Source: Candidatus Omnitrophota bacterium (GTDB lineage Bacteria > Omnitrophota > Gorgyraeia > JAHIPI01). From it: DNA of 64,000 nt. This document shows, one piece after another, positions 50,721 through 58,238 of the stretch (the stretch's first letter is position 1; the number at the start of each line of letters is the position of its first letter). A program made the translations under genes and the position numbers. The DNA lies in contig JADHVZ010000003.1 in NCBI GenBank assembly GCA_016783745.1, positions 7,112 through 71,111 on the forward strand, read 5' to 3'. The notes beneath the pieces are model-generated. The model saw only the letters and a list, made by a program, of their open reading frames with translations, searched no databases and had not been told where the DNA came from.

Positions 50721-51338
50721 ATGAACGGCAAAAAGAACAACGGTCGGAATAAAAAGATCAAGAAATGCAGAGTTATTGCCCTGCTAAAGAGGGATGAGGT
50801 GGAATTTCTTGATAAGCTGGCCATGGATTCTCTCTTTTCGACTGGCACAAAACTTTCAAGGGTTGAAATAATCAGCGCCCTTGTCAGTGTAGCGATGCTC
50901 TTAGAATTGTCAGCTAGCAATGTTAAGAGTAAAGAAGAGTTAGTTGATAGAGTGATGGATCTACTCAATCCTAATCCTGAGCGAAGACAGATTCCCCGCC
51001 TTAAGAAAAACCTGATGGTAAAATTCAGGAAAATAGAATCCCTACAGGGATATGAAAACGGCGCTACTATAGATGTAGGCATCGGAGGTTTTAAAGTGGA
51101 TGTCGCTTTTATGGGAAAGCCGCTAGCTGTTGATCAACCGATAGAGATCACGGTCAATGAACCACAAGACGAAAGCAAAACAGTAAAGGCGATAGGCCGT
51201 GTAGCCTGGATAAGGGAAAAGGGCGATGGCCATAGCCACGAAATAGGCATCATGCTTACATACATAAAAGCAAATGACAAAGACACCTTCCTTAAATATT
51301 TGACAGGCGATAGGGAAGCCAAAAGCGATGCACAGTAA
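50721..51338 (+). CDS. PilZ-domain protein (c-di-GMP receptor) with an N-terminal RHH-like/unknown domain
   Basis: RRQIPRLKKN (RxxxR) followed by DVGIGGFKV (D-x-S/G-x-x-G) and a beta-barrel-like C-terminus. Confidence 0.6.
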   Translation: MNGKKNNGRNKKIKKCRVIALLKRDEVEFLDKLAMDSLFSTGTKLSRVEIISALVSVAMLLELSASNVKSKEELVDRVMDLLNPNPERRQIPRLKKNLMVKFRKIESLQGYENGATIDVGIGGFKVDVAFMGKPLAVDQPIEITVNEPQDESKTVKAIGRVAWIREKGDGHSHEIGIMLTYIKANDKDTFLKYLTGDREAKSDAQ

Positions 51339-51425
51339 ATAAAGTTTTTTTTGCGGTAAGTTGACAACTGAATAGCCCAAAAGTGGGCACGCAGGCGAGG
51401 ATATAACGTCCTCTACCTCAGGCAT

Positions 51426-51459
51426 CGGCCCGGACTCACCATCCGGGCCGAATTTTTTT
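51426..51459 (+). terminator. Rho-independent terminator (cggcccgga / tccgggccg stem plus T7)
   Basis: 9-bp perfect stem, 7-nt loop, followed by ttttttt. Confidence 0.6.
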
Positions 51460-51468
51460 AAGTCACGC

Positions 51469-51600
51469 AGGGGACGTGTCACTTGTGGGACATACCTTTA
51501 GGTGTGTCCTCAAGTGACATGTCCCCTTACTACACCCCCTTTAAGGAGTGTCCCCTTTTGACACGTCCCCTAATGACACGTCCCCTTCTCACACGTCCCC
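51469..51600. repeat. Right direct-repeat element: the same 57-bp palindrome plus four GTCCCCT micro-repeats (contains a 38-bp insertion relative to the left copy)
   Basis: Identical 62-bp block to 50320-50381. gacacgtcccct-type units recur four times at ~13-bp spacing. Confidence 0.6.
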
Positions 51601-51676
51601 TCAGATCTAATATATTGACATAAATATTGACATAATATATAATATAAACTTAATTCGATAAACGGAGGGCAATAAT

Positions 51677-53089
51677 ATGTCTGATATACTCGAAACAAGG
51701 CACGAAAAACTTGATCTTTTGCGCGAAAAGGGGGTGGACCCATTCGGCGGACGCTTCTCTATCTCAAGCGGAGTCAAAGAGTTAGTGGATGATTTTAAAG
51801 AGGGGGCTAAGGCTGTGGTAGCCGGACGGATAATGGCCAAACGTAAGCACGGCAAGAGCATATTCTGCGACCTGAGAGACGAAAACGCGAAAATACAGCT
51901 CTATTTTAAGGCTGATCCGCTGGGTGCCGACAGCTTTGAGCTTTTCGATTCAGCGCTTGATATCGGTGACATAATAGGCGCGGAAGGAGAGACATTTAAG
52001 ACGAGGACAGGTGAGCCGACTCTTGCAGTGAAGAAATATACTGTTCTTGCAAAAAGCCTCAAGCCTCTTCCGGAAAAATGGCACGGGCTCAAAGACGTTG
52101 AGACGAGGTACAGGCAGAGATACCTGGACCTTATAGCCAACCCGGAGGTCAGGGAAGTATTCAAGATCCGCTGCGATATCATAAAGAATATACGCTCTAT
52201 CCTGGACTCCAAAGGTTATCTTGAAGTCGAGACACCGATGATGCACCCCATTCCGGGCGGCGCGGCAGGGAAGCCGTTTAAGACACATCACGAAGCTTTG
52301 GATATGGATCTATATCTCAGGGTCGCCCCTGAGCTTTATCTGAAAAAGCTTCTTGTGGGCGGTTTTGAAAAGGTTTATGAGATAAACAAGAGTTTTCGTA
52401 ATGAGGGCATTTCCACACGTCACAACCCTGAATTTACCATGCTCGAGGTCTATACCGCTTACGGTGATTGCGGGACTACAATGGAGCTTGTCAGGGAATT
52501 GATCACCGAAGCCGCGAAAAAGGTCATGGGAAAAGAGAAGCTTGAATATCAGGGAAAGACAATAGACCTTACAAAGTGGGAGACGGTATCATTCGCTAAA
52601 ATAATGAAAGAGGCTTATGATATAAATCCGGATGACGATGAGAAGGTATGGATAAGTAAGCTGAAGAAAAGTGGCGCAGAGATAGAAGGTAAGGAAATAG
52701 GAAGGACCGCTATACTCAACCTAATCGCCGACCTTATTGAGCCAAAGTCAAGCCATCCCATATTTGTTGTGGATATATTCAAGGAACTCTGTCCGTTAGC
52801 GAAAGCGAAGAAAGACGAGCCTCTTCTGACCGACAGGTTTGAACTTTTTATGGGCGGAATCGAAGTGGCCAACGCCTATTCGGAGCTCAATGACCCCATC
52901 GAACAGCGCGCGAGATTCGAGGAGCAGGCTGAGGGCGAGATCGACGAAGATTTTATAAGGGCTCTGGAGCACGGTATGCCTCCGGCCGGCGGCCTGGGTA
53001 TCGGCATCGACAGGCTAATAATGCTTTTTACGGATTCACCTTCCATTCGGGACGTGATCCTGTTCCCGCAGTTAAGAAAAGAGACATAA
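51677..53089 (+). CDS. lysS: Lysine--tRNA ligase (class II)
   Basis: N-terminal anticodon-binding OB fold, class II motifs (FRNEGIS...; GGLGIGIDRLIM). A tandem TTGACA promoter region lies at 51615-51650. Confidence 0.85.
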   Translation: MSDILETRHEKLDLLREKGVDPFGGRFSISSGVKELVDDFKEGAKAVVAGRIMAKRKHGKSIFCDLRDENAKIQLYFKADPLGADSFELFDSALDIGDIIGAEGETFKTRTGEPTLAVKKYTVLAKSLKPLPEKWHGLKDVETRYRQRYLDLIANPEVREVFKIRCDIIKNIRSILDSKGYLEVETPMMHPIPGGAAGKPFKTHHEALDMDLYLRVAPELYLKKLLVGGFEKVYEINKSFRNEGISTRHNPEFTMLEVYTAYGDCGTTMELVRELITEAAKKVMGKEKLEYQGKTIDLTKWETVSFAKIMKEAYDINPDDDEKVWISKLKKSGAEIEGKEIGRTAILNLIADLIEPKSSHPIFVVDIFKELCPLAKAKKDEPLLTDRFELFMGGIEVANAYSELNDPIEQRARFEEQAEGEIDEDFIRALEHGMPPAGGLGIGIDRLIMLFTDSPSIRDVILFPQLRKET

Positions 53090-54274
53090 ATGAACTGGCG
53101 GTTATTTGTTGCGTCACGATATCTCAAAACAAGAAGAGAGAAATTTATTTCTATAATAAGCCTTATATCGATCTTAGGCGTCGCGGTCGGTGTCGCCGCT
53201 CTAATAGTAGTCATAGCTGTTATGAGCGGCTTTGACAACGAGCTTAAGACAAGGATCATAGGGACCACGGCTCACATCTTCATAGAGCGTGATGACGGGG
53301 TGCTTTATCCGGATCCGCTTATCGATAAAGTCTTATCAGCGAATCAAGATGTAGTAAGCGAATCTCCCTTTATCGCGGGACAGGTCATATTAAAAAACGA
53401 TCTGATCTTCAGCGGCGCAATATTGACCGGGATCGATGAGGATACCGAAAAGTACGTAACCGACGTCAAGCAATATCTTGTTGAAGGCGGCTCTCCGCGT
53501 CTGGGCGATAACGGGATCTTAGTGGGAAGCGAGCTTGCGGACAAACTTGGCCTTGAGGTCGGAGATGAGGTGTCAGTTGTTTCCGCATCGACGAATAGGC
53601 CTTTTGATTTTATGGTCACGGGAACATTGCGGACCGGGTTATATACATTTGACGCGAGCAATATTTTTATAAGCCTGAAACCTGCCCAGGAATTGTTCGG
53701 CATAGAGCGCTTAGTGACCGGCGTATCAGTGAACATCAAGGACGCGCTGAAAGCGGACAAGGTAAAACGCGATATAGCCGTTGAGCTGGGGTTTCCTTAT
53801 TTCGTCAGAAGCTGGGTGGATCTGAATGCCAACCTGTTCAGCGCTCTGAAACTTGAGAAGATAGCCATGTTCATAATACTTACGCTCATCGTCATCGTGG
53901 CATGTTTCAATATCGCGAGCACACTGATAGTACGCGTTGTGCAGAAGACCAAGGATATCGGAATACTGAAGGCCATAGGCGCCACTAACAGGGATATCCG
54001 CGGGTTATTCAGGCTGGAAGGTTTATTTATTGGTTTAATTGGAACCGCGATAGGCACGGGAGTGGGTATATTTCTAGGCTGGCTTCAGAAGACATACAAG
54101 ATCATCAGGCTTTCTCCGGATGTATATTATATCGACGCGCTTCCGGTCTATATAAGCTGGCATGATCCTCTGGTAATAGCTTTTTCCGCTATTATTTTGA
54201 GCCTGATCGCCACATTATATCCGTCACACAAAGCATCCAGGCTTAATGTAGTCGACGCGCTAAGGTATGAGTGA
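53090..54274 (+). CDS. lolE: Lipoprotein-releasing system permease (LolC/LolE, FtsX family)
   Basis: MNWRLFVASRYLKTRR...LISILGVAVGVAALIVV is the canonical LolC/E N-terminus. Four transmembrane helices and a periplasmic domain. Confidence 0.75.
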   Translation: MNWRLFVASRYLKTRREKFISIISLISILGVAVGVAALIVVIAVMSGFDNELKTRIIGTTAHIFIERDDGVLYPDPLIDKVLSANQDVVSESPFIAGQVILKNDLIFSGAILTGIDEDTEKYVTDVKQYLVEGGSPRLGDNGILVGSELADKLGLEVGDEVSVVSASTNRPFDFMVTGTLRTGLYTFDASNIFISLKPAQELFGIERLVTGVSVNIKDALKADKVKRDIAVELGFPYFVRSWVDLNANLFSALKLEKIAMFIILTLIVIVACFNIASTLIVRVVQKTKDIGILKAIGATNRDIRGLFRLEGLFIGLIGTAIGTGVGIFLGWLQKTYKIIRLSPDVYYIDALPVYISWHDPLVIAFSAIILSLIATLYPSHKASRLNVVDALRYE

Positions 54275-54959
54275 TATGGATCAGATAGTCGCGAGAGATC
54301 TACATAAAAGTTATTATAACGGCGGGAAACGGCTGCACGTAATAAGGGGGATAGATTTCGCGGTAAAAAAAGGGGCCGCGGTTTTCATCGTCGGGCCTTC
54401 CGGCGCCGGGAAATCCACCCTGCTTCACCTCCTGGCAGGGCTGGACAGGCCGGATAGCGGCGGTGTTGATTTCGACGGAACGGATATCTATAAGCTTTCT
54501 GACAGAAAGCGCTCGGAGCTTCGCAACCGGAAGATAGGTTTTGTGTTTCAGTTTTATCATCTGCTTCAGGAGTTTTCAGCGCTTGAGAATGTTATGCTTC
54601 CGGGCCTCATCAGGCGTGATCGTGACGTTGCGGGATTAAAAAAAAGGGCAAGGGATACCCTTGGCAGGGTGGGGCTTTCGTCAAAATGCGATAACAGGCC
54701 GTCAGAGCTTTCAGGCGGCGAACAGCAGCGGGTGGCTATAGCGCGCGCCTTGATAAATTCACCAGAAGTACTGTTTTGTGATGAGCCAACGGGCAATCTT
54801 GATTCTGAGAATGGACGCATGATATACGAATTGATCTTCGATCTGGTCAAAAAAAACGGCATTACTGTTATAGTAGTCACCCATCATGAAGGGTTTGCGG
54901 ACAGACACGCGCAGATTTTAGGCATAAAAGATGGGATTCTAACAAAAATTATGGTATAA
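54267..54959 (+). CDS. lolD: Lipoprotein-releasing system ATP-binding protein
   Basis: Walker A GPSGAGKST, signature LSGGEQQRVAIARAL, Walker B LFCDEPTGNLD. Overlaps lolE by 8 bp. Confidence 0.8.
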   Translation: MSDMDQIVARDLHKSYYNGGKRLHVIRGIDFAVKKGAAVFIVGPSGAGKSTLLHLLAGLDRPDSGGVDFDGTDIYKLSDRKRSELRNRKIGFVFQFYHLLQEFSALENVMLPGLIRRDRDVAGLKKRARDTLGRVGLSSKCDNRPSELSGGEQQRVAIARALINSPEVLFCDEPTGNLDSENGRMIYELIFDLVKKNGITVIVVTHHEGFADRHAQILGIKDGILTKIMV

Positions 54960-54988
54960 TTATGAAATAAAACAATAGGAGTGTATAT

Positions 54989-55876
54989 ATGGGCATTAAA
55001 ATTAATATAAATGGTAAGTATTATGACAAAAAAGACGCGAAGATCTCTGTCTTTGACCACGGCCTTCTTTACGGTGACGGTGTTTTTGAGGGTATCAGGT
55101 CATACAGCAGACTTGTGTTTAAACTGAAAGAGCATGTGGATAGGCTTTATGAGTCCGCGAAGTCGATCATGCTTGAAATACCCATGAGTAAGCAGCAGAT
55201 GGCGAAGGCCGTTATCTCAACTCTAAAGGCCAATAAGCTCAAGGATGCATATATCAGGCTTGTGGTCACAAGAGGAGAAGGTGACCTGGGGCTTGACCCG
55301 CGAAAATGCAAAGGAAACGCGACAGTTATTATCATAGCTGATAAGATAGCCCTTTATCCTGAACAGCATCCTGAACAGCTTTGCAAGAAGGGACTTGAGA
55401 TCATAACCGTACCCACGATCAGGAATCTCCCGGAGGCGCTTAACCCGCAAATAAAATCGCTTAATTACTTGAATAACATCCTGGCCAAAATAGAAGCTGT
55501 GAATTGCGGTTTCCAGGAAGCGATCATGCTGGATTCACTCGGTTATGTCGCCGAGTGTACAGGCGATAATATCTTTATCGTAAAACGCGGAGAGCTCTAT
55601 ACTCCACCGCAGTGTATGGGGACATTGAGAGGCATCACCCGGGATACTATACTGGATATCGCCAGAAAGAAACGCTTGGGAGCCCATGAGCATGTGCTCA
55701 CCCGCCATGAGGTATATATTTCCGATGAGGTGTTTTTGACCGGGACCGCAGCCGAGGTCATTCCCGTTGTAAAAGTCGACGGCCGTAAGATAGGGGACGG
55801 TAAGCCCGGCAAAACGACTCTCATGCTGATGAAGGAATATAAGAAACTGACGAAGAAAGAGGGGGTTAGGTATTAG
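54989..55876 (+). CDS. ilvE: Class IV aminotransferase (branched-chain amino acid aminotransferase type)
   Basis: FDHGLLYGDGVFEGIRSY and a PLP-fold type IV C-terminal region. ~295 aa. Confidence 0.7.
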   Translation: MGIKININGKYYDKKDAKISVFDHGLLYGDGVFEGIRSYSRLVFKLKEHVDRLYESAKSIMLEIPMSKQQMAKAVISTLKANKLKDAYIRLVVTRGEGDLGLDPRKCKGNATVIIIADKIALYPEQHPEQLCKKGLEIITVPTIRNLPEALNPQIKSLNYLNNILAKIEAVNCGFQEAIMLDSLGYVAECTGDNIFIVKRGELYTPPQCMGTLRGITRDTILDIARKKRLGAHEHVLTRHEVYISDEVFLTGTAAEVIPVVKVDGRKIGDGKPGKTTLMLMKEYKKLTKKEGVRY

Positions 55877-55898
55877 GTTTAAGGAATTTCTCCACACC

Positions 55899-55922
55899 CT
55901 GACACCTTGACACTTTGACACT
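55899..55922 (+). repeat. Three tandem 8-bp units (cTGACACc TTGACACT TTGACACT) upstream of the HAMP paralog gene
   Basis: Direct reading. The units are -35-hexamer-like (TTGACA) and lie ~20 nt upstream of the RBS. Confidence 0.4.
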
Positions 55923-55943
55923 TTATAACAAGGAGGTGGCTTT

Positions 55944-56540
55944 ATGAAGCCTAAGGTACATTCCCGCAGGCAGTATTTAATAAACAGGCAGTTGCAGCTA
56001 TCATACGCCTGGCTTCTTATTTTGTGCGTAGGATTGGTGATCATCATCTTTGGTTTGTCTCTGTGGTATGTGAATAAGATGCATCTGAGCCTTTTTTACA
56101 GCATTGTAGGCGAAGAAGCCCTCCCTAAGCACTATATAAACACCGTGCAAAATCAGTTTTTGGTGGGAACGATTATAGCCGTAGCCGTGGTATCCGGCCT
56201 GCTTCTTATCCTCGGAATATATGCCTCGCACAGGATAGCGGGGCCCGCTTACCGGATCACGAAAAATCTCAATCGTGTAGGCGTGGAGAACGAAATGGAT
56301 ACTATCCAGGTCCGCAAAAAGGACCAGCTTAAGGAGATGGCTGATGCCTTTAACCACATGGTGCATGCTTTAAAGGATAAGATGTATCAAGATATGCGGC
56401 TCATAGATCAGGTAAAGACAAGGATCGTGCAGCTTCACGAGAGCCTGCGCGGTGAAAGCCTGGACATAAAGAAGCTCTCCGAGCAAGTCAAAGAGATAGA
56501 AAAAATAGCAACAGAACTGCGTAATAGAAAATATATTTAA
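55944..56540 (+). CDS. HAMP-domain membrane protein without an output domain (paralog of 49083..49685)
   Basis: Shares the SH(K/R)IAGP(L/A)Y(K/R) motif and architecture with the 49083 gene. Confidence 0.5.
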   Translation: MKPKVHSRRQYLINRQLQLSYAWLLILCVGLVIIIFGLSLWYVNKMHLSLFYSIVGEEALPKHYINTVQNQFLVGTIIAVAVVSGLLLILGIYASHRIAGPAYRITKNLNRVGVENEMDTIQVRKKDQLKEMADAFNHMVHALKDKMYQDMRLIDQVKTRIVQLHESLRGESLDIKKLSEQVKEIEKIATELRNRKYI

Positions 56541-56555
56541 ACGGGGGAGAAACAC

Positions 56556-57047
56556 ATGGTATGCGATATTTGTGGCAATATGGATGCCACGGTACATCTT
56601 ACGGAGATCGTAAACGATCAGATGACAAAACTCCATCTCTGCGAGGAATGCGCAAAGAAAAAAGGCGCTGAGATGGAAGAGCATTTCGGACTGGCGGATC
56701 TTCTTGCGGGGCTGGCGGATGTCGGTACGCCTTTACAAGTGTCCGATGAAAAAAAGCTCAAATGTGATTCATGCGGCCTTACTTATTCCGATTTTAAAAA
56801 GATAGGCAGGCTTGGGTGCGGCCAGTGCTATGATAAATTTCGCTCGTATCTGGTGCCTCTGTTCAAGCGCATACACGGCTCCGATGTCCATCTCGGAAAG
56901 GTGCCTCATCAGAAGACAAAAACGCCTAAACAGAATAAAGTGAATACCGAAGACCTTAAAAGGCGGCTTAAGAGGGCTGTGGAGCTGGAAGAGTTTGAAG
57001 AGGCGGTGAAATTGAGGGACGAGATCAAAAAGTATGAGCGGAAGTAA
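56556..57047 (+). CDS. mcsA: McsA-like protein (double CxxC zinc fingers plus a C-terminal UVR motif)
   Basis: CDICG...CEEC and CDSCG...CGQC zinc fingers. A UVR-like EEFEEAVKLRDEIKKYE motif. Confidence 0.7.
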   Translation: MVCDICGNMDATVHLTEIVNDQMTKLHLCEECAKKKGAEMEEHFGLADLLAGLADVGTPLQVSDEKKLKCDSCGLTYSDFKKIGRLGCGQCYDKFRSYLVPLFKRIHGSDVHLGKVPHQKTKTPKQNKVNTEDLKRRLKRAVELEEFEEAVKLRDEIKKYERK

Positions 57048-57066
57048 TTAAAAACGGGGGAAGCGG

Positions 57067-58116
57067 ATGAAGATAAACGACCTTATAACACAAACGGGCG
57101 AATGGCTTAAGGGTGACGGCCCTAACGCGGATATCGTCATATCAAGCAGGGTGCGCCTGGCGCGTAATATAAAAGGATTTCCATTTTATCACTGGGCGGG
57201 TAAAAAGGAAAAAGAAGAGATATTATCTATTGTAAAAAACGCCATCTCTAAATCCAAATATATGAAAGGCTCACTTTTCGTAAAGATAGCGGCTATAGAT
57301 GAAATAGACAGGCAATTTCTTGTGGAACGGCACCTTATGAGCCGTGAGCACGCCGTAAATGATGAATTTAAAGCCCTTTCGGTCGATGATCGGGAGGTCA
57401 TGTCAGTGATGATCAATGAGGAAGACCATATAAGGGCTCAAGCCATTCAATCCAGTTTTAACCTTATGGATACATGGCGGGTACTGTCAGAACTTGATAA
57501 TGAACTTGAGGACAAGATGGATTTCGCGTACTCGGATAGATGGGGTTATCTTACCGCGTGCCCGACGAATATCGGTACGGGCCTGAGGGCATCGGTGATG
57601 CTGCATCTTCCGGCGCTTGTGATAACCAACCATATCAGCAGAGTGCTTCAGGCTATATCAAAGCTCGGCGTCATGGCGAGAGGGCTTTTCGGCGAAGGCA
57701 CTGAGGCAAGCGGAAATTTTTTCCAGATCTCAAACCAGGTCACTCTGGGGCATACGGAAGAGGATATCATAGATAATATGGAGAAGCTGGTCAACCAGGT
57801 GGTAGGAAGAGAGAAAAGCGCCAGGGAGTATCTTTTGACGCAGAACAAGCCAGCGCTTTTTGACAAGATATGGAGGGCGTTTGGGACTTTAAAGAGCGCC
57901 AGGATCATAACAAGTGATGAGACTATAAGGCTTCTTTCTCTTATCAGGCTCGGCGTAGATCTGGAAGTCATAAAAGATATCGACAGAAGGACCATGAACG
58001 AACTTTTTATATATATGCAGCCGGCGCATCTTCAAAAACTTGAAGGCAAAAAACTTTCTTCCATGGAAAGGGACATGAGAAGAGCGGATTTAATAAGGTC
58101 GAAGTTGAAGGTGTAG
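57067..58116 (+). CDS. mcsB: Protein arginine kinase (ATP:guanido phosphotransferase)
   Basis: CPTNIGTGLRASVMLHLPAL phosphagen-kinase active-site signature. Confidence 0.85.
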   Translation: MKINDLITQTGEWLKGDGPNADIVISSRVRLARNIKGFPFYHWAGKKEKEEILSIVKNAISKSKYMKGSLFVKIAAIDEIDRQFLVERHLMSREHAVNDEFKALSVDDREVMSVMINEEDHIRAQAIQSSFNLMDTWRVLSELDNELEDKMDFAYSDRWGYLTACPTNIGTGLRASVMLHLPALVITNHISRVLQAISKLGVMARGLFGEGTEASGNFFQISNQVTLGHTEEDIIDNMEKLVNQVVGREKSAREYLLTQNKPALFDKIWRAFGTLKSARIITSDETIRLLSLIRLGVDLEVIKDIDRRTMNELFIYMQPAHLQKLEGKKLSSMERDMRRADLIRSKLKV

Positions 58117-58118
58117 TA

Positions 58119-58230
58119 AAACGGTTTACGGTGAACGGTTCACGGTTTACGGTTAACAGAACAACCGTAGGATTTTTAAAACCGTTAACCGTACACCGAA
58201 AACCGATAACCGAAATATATATTCAGGAGG
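58119..58230. repeat. Heptad-periodic hairpin: five tandem ACGGTNN units, a short spacer, then six AACCGNN (reverse-complement) units, immediately upstream of clpC
   Basis: acggttt acggtga acggttc acggttt acggtta ... aaccgta(gg) ... aaccgtt aaccgta caccgaa aaccgat aaccgaa. Confidence 0.45.
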
Positions 58231-58238
58231 CATAATCA

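Noticed and set aside
50294-51600. Possibility that the GGGGAC/GTCCCC repeats are a CRISPR array
   Set aside because: Units are 7-12 bp and irregularly spaced, without spacers of uniform length. No cas genes are present. They are better described as micro-repeat arrays within two copies of a larger direct repeat.
55899-55922. TTGACAC tandem repeats as three overlapping functional -35 elements
   Set aside because: The spacing to any -10-like hexamer is wrong for all but possibly one copy. They are more likely a repeated binding site or slippage product. Reported only as a repeat.
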